This document shows positions 1 to 9,930 of a stretch of DNA of 64,000 bases, in pieces. Position numbers and translations under genes: made by a program. Numbering within the stretch: the stretch's first letter is position 1; each line of letters starts with the position of its first letter. The DNA comes from Spirochaetia bacterium (lineage in GTDB: Bacteria > Spirochaetota > Spirochaetia > CADAEX01): NCBI GenBank assembly GCA_963662795.1, contig OY759746.1, forward strand, positions 576,001 to 640,000. The letters are read 5' to 3'. The notes below the pieces were generated by a model. The model saw nothing but the letters and a program-made list of their open reading frames with translations. It did not search any database and was not told where the DNA came from.

Positions 1-1
1 A

Positions 2-1345
2 GATATCAAAGTGCCTGTACTCCTCTCTGTAAGCGTTACCCATCCGGGCCTTGATGAAATCGCGCTTGATTATCTTGCACAGGAGCTTGAAAAAGGAGGC
101 CGGCCTGAGCATCTTGACGTATTTGTTTTCGGAGAAAAGGATACCCGGGATCTCGTGGAAAACTTCCTGGTTCCCTCAGCTGTGGAAAAAGGACTTTCAG
201 ATTCTGCCGGTACAGCGCGAAGCCTTCTCGAAGTTTTCGGTGTTGACGGTGAGTACGGCAGGCACTATTCATTTTTAAAAGCTATTGCTGCGATGTGGAA
301 GCTCATTGTAAACCCTTCTGTAAAGGGGGTATTCAAGATTGATCTTGATCAGGTATTTGACCAGGAAATTCTTGTAAGTGAAACCGGAAAATCTGCTTTT
401 CAGCATCTTTCATCCCCCCTCTGGGGAGCTTACGGGACAGACTGGATAAACCGGGAAGTGTTTCTCGGAATGATAGCCGGATCACTTGTAAATGAAAAAG
501 ATATAAGCAAGGGGCTTTTTACGCCTGATGTGGATTACCCGCCGTCCAGGGAGAACAACGGCGGCAGAGCGGATTTAAAAAGCGAAGATAAAATATTTTA
601 CTCCCGGCTTCCCCAGGCCCTTTCAACACATGCGGAAATGACATGCAGATACGGGGAAAATGGAGCGCCCGACGGAAAAAGGGAATGCCTGCAGAGGGTG
701 CATGTCACAGGTGGTACCAACGGAATTCTGATTGAGGCGCTCCGCAGATGGAGGCCGTTTACTCCCTCTTTTTTCGGGAGGGCGGAAGACCAGGCTTATA
801 TTCTGTCCGGCTTTACCCATAAGGGGCCGCAGCTTGCCTACCTTCATCAGAGCGGGCTTATAATGAGGCATGACAAGGACGCGTTTGCGTCTGAGACAAT
901 CAAGGCGGCCGAAGGGGGAAGACAGACAGGGGACTATATAAGAACGCTTCTTTTTTCACGTTATGCGGAATGTTTGCCCGGAGGCAGGAAAGCGGTAAAA
1001 GAAAGGATTGACCCGTTTACCGGCAGTTTTGTGTCATATCTGCCGGTAGCGACGGCGGTACTCAGAATGCTTTTTAAAGCACAGGAGATGCTTGAAAGCG
1101 GTAAAAACACCGATGCACAGCAGTTTATCATATCAGCGGCACAGCGGCTGAAAAATGCTGTTCTATTCACAGAAACAGAGTTTGAAAAACAGCTGGACAG
1201 GGAAAGAAAAGGGTGGAACCTTTATTACGATATACTGGAGAAATCTGAAAAAGAAAATGATTCCGGTAAGCTCATCAGCAGCGCTTCAGGGAAAATCCTC
1301 TCATGCAGAATAGAGGATTGCGGAGAAAGGATTGACAGATGGTAA
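2..1345 (+). CDS. Hypothetical protein, 5'-truncated by the window edge; possibly GT-A-fold glycosyltransferase-like
   Basis: Frame is open from base 2 (GAT ATC AAA GTG). Motifs KIDLDQ (DxD), TGGTNG and GRAEDQAY resemble GT-A landmarks. Overlaps the next start codon. Confidence 0.55.
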   Translation, partial: DIKVPVLLSVSVTHPGLDEIALDYLAQELEKGGRPEHLDVFVFGEKDTRDLVENFLVPSAVEKGLSDSAGTARSLLEVFGVDGEYGRHYSFLKAIAAMWKLIVNPSVKGVFKIDLDQVFDQEILVSETGKSAFQHLSSPLWGAYGTDWINREVFLGMIAGSLVNEKDISKGLFTPDVDYPPSRENNGGRADLKSEDKIFYSRLPQALSTHAEMTCRYGENGAPDGKRECLQRVHVTGGTNGILIEALRRWRPFTPSFFGRAEDQAYILSGFTHKGPQLAYLHQSGLIMRHDKDAFASETIKAAEGGRQTGDYIRTLLFSRYAECLPGGRKAVKERIDPFTGSFVSYLPVATAVLRMLFKAQEMLESGKNTDAQQFIISAAQRLKNAVLFTETEFEKQLDRERKGWNLYYDILEKSEKENDSGKLISSASGKILSCRIEDCGERIDRW

Positions 1346-3198
1346 ACCGCTCTGCAAATGAAATTAAAACAGGCGCTCTGGTCCTTTATAAATCAGGTCC
1401 TGCAAGGGTTTTAAAAACAGGTGATAAAATTGAAATCGAACTTGCGGATAAAAAGACACTCCAGGTCAGGGGCAAGGACATAACATTTCTTCACCCCGGC
1501 CCTGTTGATAACCTGTCCGTTCTGAACAGCCTGAGTCAGGACAGCAGCGAATTGAAAGAAGCATGTGAAGTCCTTCAGGGAGAAGCCCTTACTCTCGGGG
1601 AATTCGCGGAGCTTGCATACGGGGCTTTTACTCCGCAGACTGCCTGGGCAGTATATACCGCTCTGCTTGACGGCCTTTATATTACAGGCTCTGCGGAGAA
1701 GATAATAATCCGCTCAGAAAGCGATATTGGGAAAGACTTGTCAGCACGGAAACTAAAGGCTGACGAGAAATCAGCCTGGAATAGTTTTATCTCCAGTGTA
1801 AAAAAAGGAATAATCAGCGCTGAGGATAACAAGTATCTCCGGGACCTTGAACTGTTTGCTCTTGGAAGGCAGGGGGGGAGCAGACTGCTTAAGGAAATCA
1901 GGATGCAGGAGACAGTTGAGAATGCCCACTCCCTGCTCCTGAAACTTAAGTACTGGGATAATTATATAAATCCCTATATTTCAAGGTTCGGATTTTCAAA
2001 TGACACTAAATATCCTGAGATAAATATCAGCGACAGTGAAATATTTAACGGGGAAAGGCTTGATCTCACCCGCCTGGATGCTTACGCAATTGACGATGAA
2101 GGGAACACTGACCCTGATGACGCAATAAGTTTTGAAGAGGGGAAACTCTGGATACATATTGCAGACCCGTCATGCGTTGTAACTCCCGGATCAGATGCGG
2201 ATATTTTCGCAATGAACCAGGGGGCAAAAGTCTATCTTCCTGAAATAAAAATACCGATGCTCCCCCGGAATGCGGCAGATACATTTGCACTTGGCCTCAG
2301 GAGTGAATCCCCTGCTCTTTCATTCTGCATTAAACAGAATGACGACGGCTCAATAGGCAGCAGCTCCATTTATTTCTCAAGGGTCAGGGTAAAACGGATT
2401 ACATATAAACAGGCGCAGGAAGCAATTAGAACCCATCCGTTTGATAAGATTCTTGCGGCTGCCCGGAAGTATATGAGCCGGAGAAAAGCGGAAGGGGCAT
2501 CATCTTTTGATTTTCCCGAAGTAAATATAAAAGTTGAAAACAATAAAGTTTCAATAACGCAATACCGCCGCCATGAATCTGCAATGATGGTTCAGGAAGC
2601 GATGCTGATGGCGGGGGAAGCAGCCGCTGCCTGGGCAGATGAAAACAGGATACCTTTTATCTTCTCAACCCAGACTGGAAATCAGACAGAAAATCAGCCG
2701 GAATTTCCGGCAGCAGATCTTGCGTCCATGTTTGCGCTCAGAAGGAAGATGCGCCCGGGAATAATAAAATCAGTTTCCGACGTTCACTCGGGACTCGGTC
2801 TTCCATCCTACAGCCGGGTAACAAGCCCCTTAAGGCGCTATCTCGACCTTGCCGCGCATCAGCAGTTAAGACTTCACCTGGCAGGAAAAAAGGTCATGAC
2901 AGCTGATGAGATAATCAGCATAATAGGAGCCGCCTCTGCAGGGGCTTCAGCAGTTCAGAAGCTTGAAAGGCTTTCCAATATGCACTGGACTCTTGTATAT
3001 CTGATCCAGAACCCGAATTGGGAGGGCAAAGGGATAATTGTTGAAAAACGGGACAGGTCAGATACTGTAATTATACCTGAGATCGGACTTGAAACTGCTA
3101 TTCCCTCACAATCAGACAAAACACTGAATGATGAAGTAACGCTTAAATCATCAGGAATTGATCTTCCGAATTTAAAAGGGTATTTTACTGCTGTTTAA
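1339..3198 (+). CDS. rnb: RNB-domain exoribonuclease (RNase II/R family)
   Basis: Catalytic AIDDEGNTDPDDA, HIADPS, and HSGLG...YSRVTSPLRRYLDL signature. Confidence 0.9.
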   Translation: MVNRSANEIKTGALVLYKSGPARVLKTGDKIEIELADKKTLQVRGKDITFLHPGPVDNLSVLNSLSQDSSELKEACEVLQGEALTLGEFAELAYGAFTPQTAWAVYTALLDGLYITGSAEKIIIRSESDIGKDLSARKLKADEKSAWNSFISSVKKGIISAEDNKYLRDLELFALGRQGGSRLLKEIRMQETVENAHSLLLKLKYWDNYINPYISRFGFSNDTKYPEINISDSEIFNGERLDLTRLDAYAIDDEGNTDPDDAISFEEGKLWIHIADPSCVVTPGSDADIFAMNQGAKVYLPEIKIPMLPRNAADTFALGLRSESPALSFCIKQNDDGSIGSSSIYFSRVRVKRITYKQAQEAIRTHPFDKILAAARKYMSRRKAEGASSFDFPEVNIKVENNKVSITQYRRHESAMMVQEAMLMAGEAAAAWADENRIPFIFSTQTGNQTENQPEFPAADLASMFALRRKMRPGIIKSVSDVHSGLGLPSYSRVTSPLRRYLDLAAHQQLRLHLAGKKVMTADEIISIIGAASAGASAVQKLERLSNMHWTLVYLIQNPNWEGKGIIVEKRDRSDTVIIPEIGLETAIPSQSDKTLNDEVTLKSSGIDLPNLKGYFTAV

Positions 3199-3242
3199 AA
3201 CGTATGTCAGTTTAACCGGCAAAGCGGCTGTAATCTGTCATT

Positions 3243-3617
3243 TTATTTAAAAAAACCGAAATAGCCGAAAATCAATCCAAAGCATACCATAAAAGCGCCC
3301 CAGAAGCGGGATTGTCTGTAGAACTTTTTGCAGTAAAAAAGGGAGCGGGGGGAAATAATGATTACAATCCCGCCGATAAATATTATCCAGCTGATAATTG
3401 TAATCAAAACTGTCCAGTTCATAATCCAGATGTTGTGATAGTAAAGCAGAATTGTACCTGTTATTATTGCCAGGGTACCTGCTATGTAGGTCAGCACCGG
3501 CGATCTTCCGAATTCATTGGCAATAGCGGAGAAATTAATCTTTCCGGTTAAAACGCCAATACCGCTTGCAATATAAATAACAGCAATTATTCTCGCCAAT
3601 AATACTGATAAATCCAT
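3243..3617 (-). CDS. Small integral membrane protein (about 4 TM helices), function unknown
   Basis: 124-aa hydrophobic ORF with an AGGAGG RBS just upstream of the ATG. Confidence 0.75.
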   Translation of the reverse strand: MDLSVLLARIIAVIYIASGIGVLTGKINFSAIANEFGRSPVLTYIAGTLAIITGTILLYYHNIWIMNWTVLITIISWIIFIGGIVIIISPRSLFYCKKFYRQSRFWGAFMVCFGLIFGYFGFFK

Positions 3618-3725
3618 ATTTACCTCCTGCTGTCAACAATTGCTGATTCCTGATACCTGACTTTTTGCACATCTATTATAAATTATGATACTATGGAGTA
3701 ATTATAGCAAGGATACCGCAGGAAT

Positions 3726-5135
3726 ATGGATATATCTGATTTAATTAATATAAATTCCCGAATCAGGATAAGAAAAGACTCTCCCCTGCCCCGGGACGCC
3801 GGATGTGTTGTTTACTGGATGCAGCGCTCCCAGAGGGCCTTTTCAAATCCGGCGCTCGATACCGCATCTGAGTGCGCCAACAGACTTTCCCTTCCCCTTG
3901 CTGTAGTTTTTAATCTGGTAAAGAACTATCCGGGAAGTACGGAAAGACACTACAGGTTTATGCTTAACGGTCTTGCTGAAACAGGCAGAGCCCTTGAGCA
4001 GCTTGGCGCGGGGTTTTTTATCCTTGAATCTGACGAAGAGGTGCATGAAGCTATAATACGCTTTACACTATCGGTAAAGGGCGCTCTGCTTGTATGTGAT
4101 GAAAATCCGCTTAAAACACCTGAGCTCTGGCGGGAAAAAACTGCAAAGGATATTCCGCTGACTTTTATTACAGTTGATTCTGATGTTGTTGTTCCATCCT
4201 CCCTTTTTGAGAAAGAGGAATATGCTGCCCGTACATTAAGACGAAAGATTAAACCTCTTATTGAATTATATCTTGAAGATGCTGAAAATACTGCACTGTT
4301 AAAGAAATGGAAAAGAGGGAAAGGAACACCTGACTGCAGTATAGACAGTTACGCAAACCGGTTTTCAGAGTGGAAGAACCGTACCGGGAAGAATTACAGT
4401 ATTAAAACTGCAGGGAGTAAAGCTGTGTGCCTTAACGGCGGAAGGAAGGAAGGGCTTTCACGCCTTAAAGATTTTACAGCGAACAGGCTCACAGGTTATG
4501 CCGAATCCAGAAACAAACCGGAGATTGACGGGACAAGCAGGCTTTCCCCATATCTTCACTTCGGACAGATAAGCCCGGCCGAGGCTGCCATCGCGGCATT
4601 CAATGCTGAAAGCCCGGCAGAAAGCAGGGATGCCTTTATCGAAGAACTCATTGTAAGGCGTGAGCTTGCTGTTAACTATGTGCTTAGAAACAGAAACTAT
4701 GATTCATTTGACGGTTTGCATGAATGGGCGAAAAAATCGCTGTTGAAGCATCTGTCAGACACAAGGGAATATATCTATTCGCTAAATCAGTTTGAATACG
4801 GAGAAACTCACGATCCCATCTGGAACGCGGCACAATATGAAATGAGGGAAACCGGTTTCATGCATGGTTATATGAGAATGTACTGGGCAAAAAAGATACT
4901 TGAGTGGAGTAATTCTCCTCAGGAAGCTTTTAATACCGCAGTTTATCTTAACGATAAATATCAGCTTGACGGCCGTGACCCCAACGGATATACAGGAATC
5001 GCCTGGTCAATCGGTGGAAAACACGACAGGCCGTGGGGCCCTGAGCGGCCGGTATTCGGGCTTATAAGATTCATGAACGCGAACGGTATGAAAAGAAAAT
5101 TCGATACCGCCGCGTATATTTCAAAATACTCCTGA
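3726..5135 (+). CDS. phrB: Class II CPD DNA photolyase
   Basis: VVYWMQRSQR, SRLSPYLHFGQIS, FIEELIVRRELA, THDPIWNAAQ, MHGYMRMYWAKKILEW, DGRDPNGY. Confidence 0.95.
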   Translation: MDISDLININSRIRIRKDSPLPRDAGCVVYWMQRSQRAFSNPALDTASECANRLSLPLAVVFNLVKNYPGSTERHYRFMLNGLAETGRALEQLGAGFFILESDEEVHEAIIRFTLSVKGALLVCDENPLKTPELWREKTAKDIPLTFITVDSDVVVPSSLFEKEEYAARTLRRKIKPLIELYLEDAENTALLKKWKRGKGTPDCSIDSYANRFSEWKNRTGKNYSIKTAGSKAVCLNGGRKEGLSRLKDFTANRLTGYAESRNKPEIDGTSRLSPYLHFGQISPAEAAIAAFNAESPAESRDAFIEELIVRRELAVNYVLRNRNYDSFDGLHEWAKKSLLKHLSDTREYIYSLNQFEYGETHDPIWNAAQYEMRETGFMHGYMRMYWAKKILEWSNSPQEAFNTAVYLNDKYQLDGRDPNGYTGIAWSIGGKHDRPWGPERPVFGLIRFMNANGMKRKFDTAAYISKYS

Positions 5136-5173
5136 TTTTTAAGCCGCAAAGCGGAAAAAAGGTTAAGGAGATA

Positions 5174-6292
5174 TCACCTCCCTTTTCTGTCTTTCATGAT
5201 GGTTCTTATCTGTTTTGCGAGGTTTTTCCCCTTCTCTTTTTTTTCAATCCGGGCCAGCTGGCTTTTTCTTCCCTCAAGATACTCAAGCTCTTTTCTAAGC
5301 TTTAAATAGCTTTCATACCTTTCCCTGCTTATAAGCCCCTCTTCAAGCGCGCTTATTACCGCGCATCCGGGCTCTTCCGTGTGCAGGCAGTCGTTGAACC
5401 TGCAGGTGCGGGCATAAAACTCAATCTCCCTGAATACTTCATCAAGCGAAGAAGCGCCCCCTTTATCCCCGGCCCACAGCTGTATCTCCCTTAAACCGGG
5501 TGAATCAATTATCACGGCTCCTGTTTCAAGCTGAAACAGGGTCCTGCTGCTCGTTGTATGCCGTCCTCTCTTGTCGTCCTCCCTGATATCTCCTGTAATC
5601 TGCTTCTGTTCACCTGTAAAATAATTGGTGAGCGTTGATTTCCCGACTCCTGACGGGCCGATAAAAACTGCGGTTATACCCTCATTCAGATAACCTGCCA
5701 CAAGATCAAGCCCGTTTCCCGAAACAACGCTTACAGGAATTACAGCGGCACCGGGAGCGGTATTTTCAGCTTCCGGAATAAAATATTCAAAATCATCGCA
5801 GAGGTCTGTCTTGTTAAGAAGAATTACCGGACTTGCTCCGCTGTCCCACGCAAGTGTCACATACCTCTCAAGCGCCCTCAGGTTAAAGTTTCTTCCCCCC
5901 TCGAGGGACATTACAATAAAAACAATATCGATGTTGGCGGCTATTACCTGTTCCACAGTCTTTTCCCCGGCGGATTTTCTTGATATCCTGCTCCTTCTCG
6001 GAAAGAGTTCAGTGATGATATGAGTTCCGTCTGCAGGATTTGAACCTGAACCTGATGCGTTTCCGGCTTTAAGCCAGACCCAGTCGCCTGCGGCAGGCCT
6101 GTTGTTCCCGTCACCGGACAGCGTCTGGCCAAGCATCCTGCCGGAAAGTGAAGCGTTTACAATCCCCCCTGATGTTGCCGCCTTATAAATATTTTTACCT
6201 TCAAAGATTATCCTTCCGGGTATTCTGCCGCTGCTTATATTTTCTTCAATATATTTACTTTCTTTTTCAGTTAATCCCCATTTTTTTAACAT
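5174..6292 (-). CDS. rsgA: Ribosome small subunit-dependent GTPase A (long-type paralogue)
   Basis: Circularly permuted GTPase motifs NKTD, GPSGVGKST, GRHTT and DSPG, plus the Zn-finger CRFNDCLHTEEPGC. Confidence 0.93.
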   Translation of the reverse strand: MLKKWGLTEKESKYIEENISSGRIPGRIIFEGKNIYKAATSGGIVNASLSGRMLGQTLSGDGNNRPAAGDWVWLKAGNASGSGSNPADGTHIITELFPRRSRISRKSAGEKTVEQVIAANIDIVFIVMSLEGGRNFNLRALERYVTLAWDSGASPVILLNKTDLCDDFEYFIPEAENTAPGAAVIPVSVVSGNGLDLVAGYLNEGITAVFIGPSGVGKSTLTNYFTGEQKQITGDIREDDKRGRHTTSSRTLFQLETGAVIIDSPGLREIQLWAGDKGGASSLDEVFREIEFYARTCRFNDCLHTEEPGCAVISALEEGLISRERYESYLKLRKELEYLEGRKSQLARIEKKEKGKNLAKQIRTIMKDRKGR

Positions 6293-6496
6293 TGTTAATC
6301 ATACTCCCTGCAATTGAATGTTGACAGCTGCCACAGCCGCCTGGTTTGAGTTAATGTTATTGTATGAATTGATATGGGTTTTCAGTTATACCTGAGTTAC
6401 GGTATGGACCGGAATATTCTGCTGAAACAAATTATCTGCGTAATTGTCAAAGAGGCAATTATTTTTTTATTTTGATGCCGAAGGAAATATTTCCGG

Positions 6497-6529
6497 CTAA
6501 AAGCCCATACCCCGAACAAAGACCGACAT
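6497..6529 (-). CDS. Putative leader peptide MSVFVRGMGF upstream of rsgA
   Basis: Minus strand reads GGAGG-tacata-ATG TCG GTC TTT GTT CGG GGT ATG GGC TTT TAG, between a sigma70-like promoter and rsgA. Confidence 0.6.
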   Translation of the reverse strand: MSVFVRGMGF

Positions 6530-6560
6530 TATGTACCTCCCTGATAAAAATATGCTATTA

Positions 6561-6589
6561 ATTATTCTTTTTTCAAGTAAAAAAGTCAA
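6561..6589 (-). promoter_or_regulatory. Sigma70-like promoter for the rsgA leader
   Basis: TTGACT-N17-AATAAT on the minus strand. Confidence 0.5.
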
Positions 6590-6594
6590 TCTGA

Positions 6595-7260
6595 TTAATA
6601 CGGTTCCTCGGAACTCCATTTTATTGAAACACCTATTTTTGAGGCGACCTCTTCCATCAGCGCGTCATCATGATAAAGCAGCGGAGCATTTGCCCTTGTT
6701 GCGCTTCCTTCTGAAAGGGTAATCCTCATTGCCTTATGATGTCCGGCCTTTGCAGATTTTTTATCATTACCGCTCCTGTCATAGGTATTAATTTGTCCGT
6801 TGCATATACAGACATAGGTATTGTTTTCATCTTCCTTTTTGATAAAGAAAACTGTCCCGCGCACACCGGCAACAGCGCTGCTTGTTCTGACAGAAAGGGA
6901 ATCTGCATTAAAAGCAATTTTTTTCAGTTTGCTTGTTACAAGCGCGATTGATCCTTTATCAAGATTGAATTCCGATCCTCCGAACTTCAGGGAACTGCTG
7001 CCCTCGAGTCTGAAGATATTCCTTTTGCCGAACAGCACTTCACAGAAGGAATCACGGCCTGTTTCGATCCTGTCGCCAATGGCAACTTTTGAACCTATGG
7101 AGGTACTTTCGCCGTTAAGCGTTACTTCTCCGGTAATAAAGGATATTACCCCTTCTCCCGAAAGCTCTTGGGTTTTTGAATCCTCCCTGCCTCCGCCTGC
7201 GTACACCAGTGATACGAGGGATAACGAAAGAAATAAAAACAGAATTTTCTTTACTGACAT
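6595..7260 (-). CDS. Exported FecR-domain protein
   Basis: Signal peptide ending YAGG; FecR-like GDRIETGRDS and VRTSSAVAGVRGTVF. Confidence 0.8.
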   Translation of the reverse strand: MSVKKILFLFLSLSLVSLVYAGGGREDSKTQELSGEGVISFITGEVTLNGESTSIGSKVAIGDRIETGRDSFCEVLFGKRNIFRLEGSSSLKFGGSEFNLDKGSIALVTSKLKKIAFNADSLSVRTSSAVAGVRGTVFFIKKEDENNTYVCICNGQINTYDRSGNDKKSAKAGHHKAMRITLSEGSATRANAPLLYHDDALMEEVASKIGVSIKWSSEEPY

Positions 7261-7276
7261 AAAACCTTTCTCCTTT

Positions 7277-9091
7277 TTATATATTACCGGCAGGCCTCTT
7301 CAGCAGAACGACACTTAAGGCTTCCGGACCTGCGTTAAGCGAAATTACGGGTGATATCGCGCTTATATAAAGCGGCGGCCCGCCCGCGTGAGAAGCAATT
7401 TCTGCTGCGACATTTTCCGCATCTGTTTCCATGCCGGAATGAACAACAGCATAATCCTCAAGTTCACCAGCATCCGCTGTTTTCTTCACATATTCAATTA
7501 TCTTTCTGTCATTTGTTCTTCTTGAAAAAGCTTTTCCCCAGAGAATTGATTTCCCTTCCCTGTCAACGGAAATTACCGGCTTTAAATTCAGAAGTGAGGC
7601 GGCAAATCCCTTAAGCGGAGAAACACGGCCGCCCCTTACCATATATTTAAGATTTTTTACACTTACATAGTTCCTCGACAGGGGCCTGTATTTCATTATT
7701 TCAGCGACGACATCATCGTGAGCCATCCCCTCTTCCATCAGTTTGCCTGCTTTGGCGACAAGCAGCCCCAGAGAACCGGAGAGGGTAAGTGAATCAATTA
7801 CTTCCAGTTTTTTATCAGGAAAAATTAATGCGGCCTTTCTAGCTGACTGCACAGTTCCGCTTAGATTCCCTGATATATGGATTGAGATCACAGAATCATA
7901 ATATGTAAGGAGGAATGAATAAAGATTTGCAAAAACAACGCTGGAAGGCTGGGAAGTCTTCGGATAGTTCTTTTTACTCTCCATCATGCTGAATACTTTT
8001 TTCCTGCTTATGGTAAGCCGGTCAAGATAAGAGTTTTCCCCGCTTACAATATTTATGGGAACTACATGGATATTGTATCTGTCAAGAAGTTCCTGGGGCA
8101 TATCGCAGGACGAATCTGTTACTATCGCTGTTTTGTGCTTCCTCTGAAAAACATCGCGGTATTCTGAAAGCATGTCGTCAATCTTCTGTTCCGCGACACT
8201 GCCTAAATGTGAAAGTTTTTCAACAAAGCTTTGAGGATCATCAGTATGGAGATGTACCCTCGAAAGATTGCCGGTACCTGTGATAACAAGACAGTTTCCG
8301 CTTCCTGCAACGCTTTGCCTTATTCTCTCCCTTTTAATGTTTTTCCCTGAAAGCAGAGACTCGCAGCAGTATCTGTATTCAGGCGGGACTGATGAATATT
8401 TATGTGCTGACATCTCCTGTATTTCTTCATCCTCATCCAAAGCATTCTGAAATACAATACCTTCAGGATAATCCTTTTTAATATCATCAAAAAAATTCAG
8501 ACACCCCTTTATGAATGCGACAAAGCCGTATCCTCCGGCATCCACAACCCCGGCATCTTTAAGCACGCTGTTCTGATGCATTGTCCGTTCAAGAGCCTTT
8601 TCCGCCGATAAAAGGCTTTCAGACAGCAGTATCCTGAAATTTTCAAGTTTTTGAGACAGGACAAGGGACTCGGCCCAGTTTTCAATTACAGTCAGTATTG
8701 TTCCGTGTCTTGGATTTTCAAGCGCCAACGGCACGACGCCCGCAGCTGATTTTACGGCTGAGGCAAAATCATGTGTGCTCAAAGTACCTATCCCGCTGAC
8801 AGCAAGTGCAAAACCTGAAAAGAATTCGCTTAATATAAGTCCGGAATTGCCTCTCGCTCCCCTGATTACAGCGCCGGCAACTGAAGTCATGGTATTTTCT
8901 ACAGATTTTTCAGCTTTTGAATTTAAAATCATTGATCTCATTGTATTTGAGAGATTGGTACCTGTATCGCCGTCAGCTACAGGAAAGACATTTATTCTGT
9001 TGATATGGTCCTTTTCACTCGAAACACGATGACTTCCCCAGGAGAACATCCTGTGAAGAAAAAAACCGTCAAGCTCTTTGATATCATGCAT
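7277..9091 (-). CDS. DAK2-DegV fusion (fatty acid kinase FakA-FakB-like)
   Basis: N-terminal INVFPVADGDTGTNL, GARGNSG, GVVDAGG; C-terminal DegV motifs IVTDSSCD, PKTSQPS, SGNLSGT, GGRVS. Confidence 0.9.
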   Translation of the reverse strand: MHDIKELDGFFLHRMFSWGSHRVSSEKDHINRINVFPVADGDTGTNLSNTMRSMILNSKAEKSVENTMTSVAGAVIRGARGNSGLILSEFFSGFALAVSGIGTLSTHDFASAVKSAAGVVPLALENPRHGTILTVIENWAESLVLSQKLENFRILLSESLLSAEKALERTMHQNSVLKDAGVVDAGGYGFVAFIKGCLNFFDDIKKDYPEGIVFQNALDEDEEIQEMSAHKYSSVPPEYRYCCESLLSGKNIKRERIRQSVAGSGNCLVITGTGNLSRVHLHTDDPQSFVEKLSHLGSVAEQKIDDMLSEYRDVFQRKHKTAIVTDSSCDMPQELLDRYNIHVVPINIVSGENSYLDRLTISRKKVFSMMESKKNYPKTSQPSSVVFANLYSFLLTYYDSVISIHISGNLSGTVQSARKAALIFPDKKLEVIDSLTLSGSLGLLVAKAGKLMEEGMAHDDVVAEIMKYRPLSRNYVSVKNLKYMVRGGRVSPLKGFAASLLNLKPVISVDREGKSILWGKAFSRRTNDRKIIEYVKKTADAGELEDYAVVHSGMETDAENVAAEIASHAGGPPLYISAISPVISLNAGPEALSVVLLKRPAGNI

Positions 9092-9147
9092 GATTCTTCA
9101 TCCCAAACTGTTTTACCTTTTTAATATGCATCAGTATAATATATATT

Positions 9148-9930
9148 ATGGTATATATAATAACTTTTTTGATAAGTTTTTTAATACAAACAGTGTTTTT
9201 TCTGATTGCATACAGGTTAAAAAGCGACAAATTCACCGATATTACATACAGCCTGACTTTTTTTCTGCTGTCCCTGATTTCACTTTCAGGCAGCCGCAAT
9301 GCCGGATGGCAGCAGGTTGCTGTTTTTTCAATGGTAACACTCTGGGCTTTAAGACTCGGCTCATACCTCCTTTACAGGGTGATAAAAACAGGAAGGGACA
9401 AAAGATTTGACGGGAGAAGGGAGAATTTCAGGGATTTTGCGGCTTTCTGGGCGCTTCAGGCCGCGGCAGTGTGGATTATAATGCTTCCGCAGATATTTTT
9501 TATAACAGGAAGCTTTAAATCAAATTTTCTCTTTTTCTCTGCCGGTGCAATACTGTGGACAGCGGGGCTTATCATTGAAACGGCAGCAGATATACAAAAA
9601 TTCACCTTCAGGAATAAAAAGGAAAATAACGGCAGGTGGATTGAGTCAGGTCTCTGGAAATACTCACGGCACCCCAACTTTTTCGGGGAAACACTTCTGT
9701 GGTGGGGTCTTTTCATTATAATAATACCGCACCTCGAAGGTTTTTCATGGCTTGTTACGGCAGGCCCGTTATTTTTAACTTTTCTCCTTTTATTTGTAAG
9801 CGGAGTGCCGACAGTCGAGAAACAGTCGGAAATCAAATACGGCAGGGACCCGGGCTATATTCTTTATAAAAGAGTTACAGGCATCTTTATCCCGATGCCG
9901 CGCAAAAAAAGGATGAAAGCTGATGGCTGA
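9148..9930 (+). CDS. DUF1295 family membrane protein (steroid 5-alpha-reductase-like)
   Basis: WALRLGSYL, DKRFD, GLWKYSRHPNFFGE; multiple TM segments. Confidence 0.85.
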   Translation: MVYIITFLISFLIQTVFFLIAYRLKSDKFTDITYSLTFFLLSLISLSGSRNAGWQQVAVFSMVTLWALRLGSYLLYRVIKTGRDKRFDGRRENFRDFAAFWALQAAAVWIIMLPQIFFITGSFKSNFLFFSAGAILWTAGLIIETAADIQKFTFRNKKENNGRWIESGLWKYSRHPNFFGETLLWWGLFIIIIPHLEGFSWLVTAGPLFLTFLLLFVSGVPTVEKQSEIKYGRDPGYILYKRVTGIFIPMPRKKRMKADG

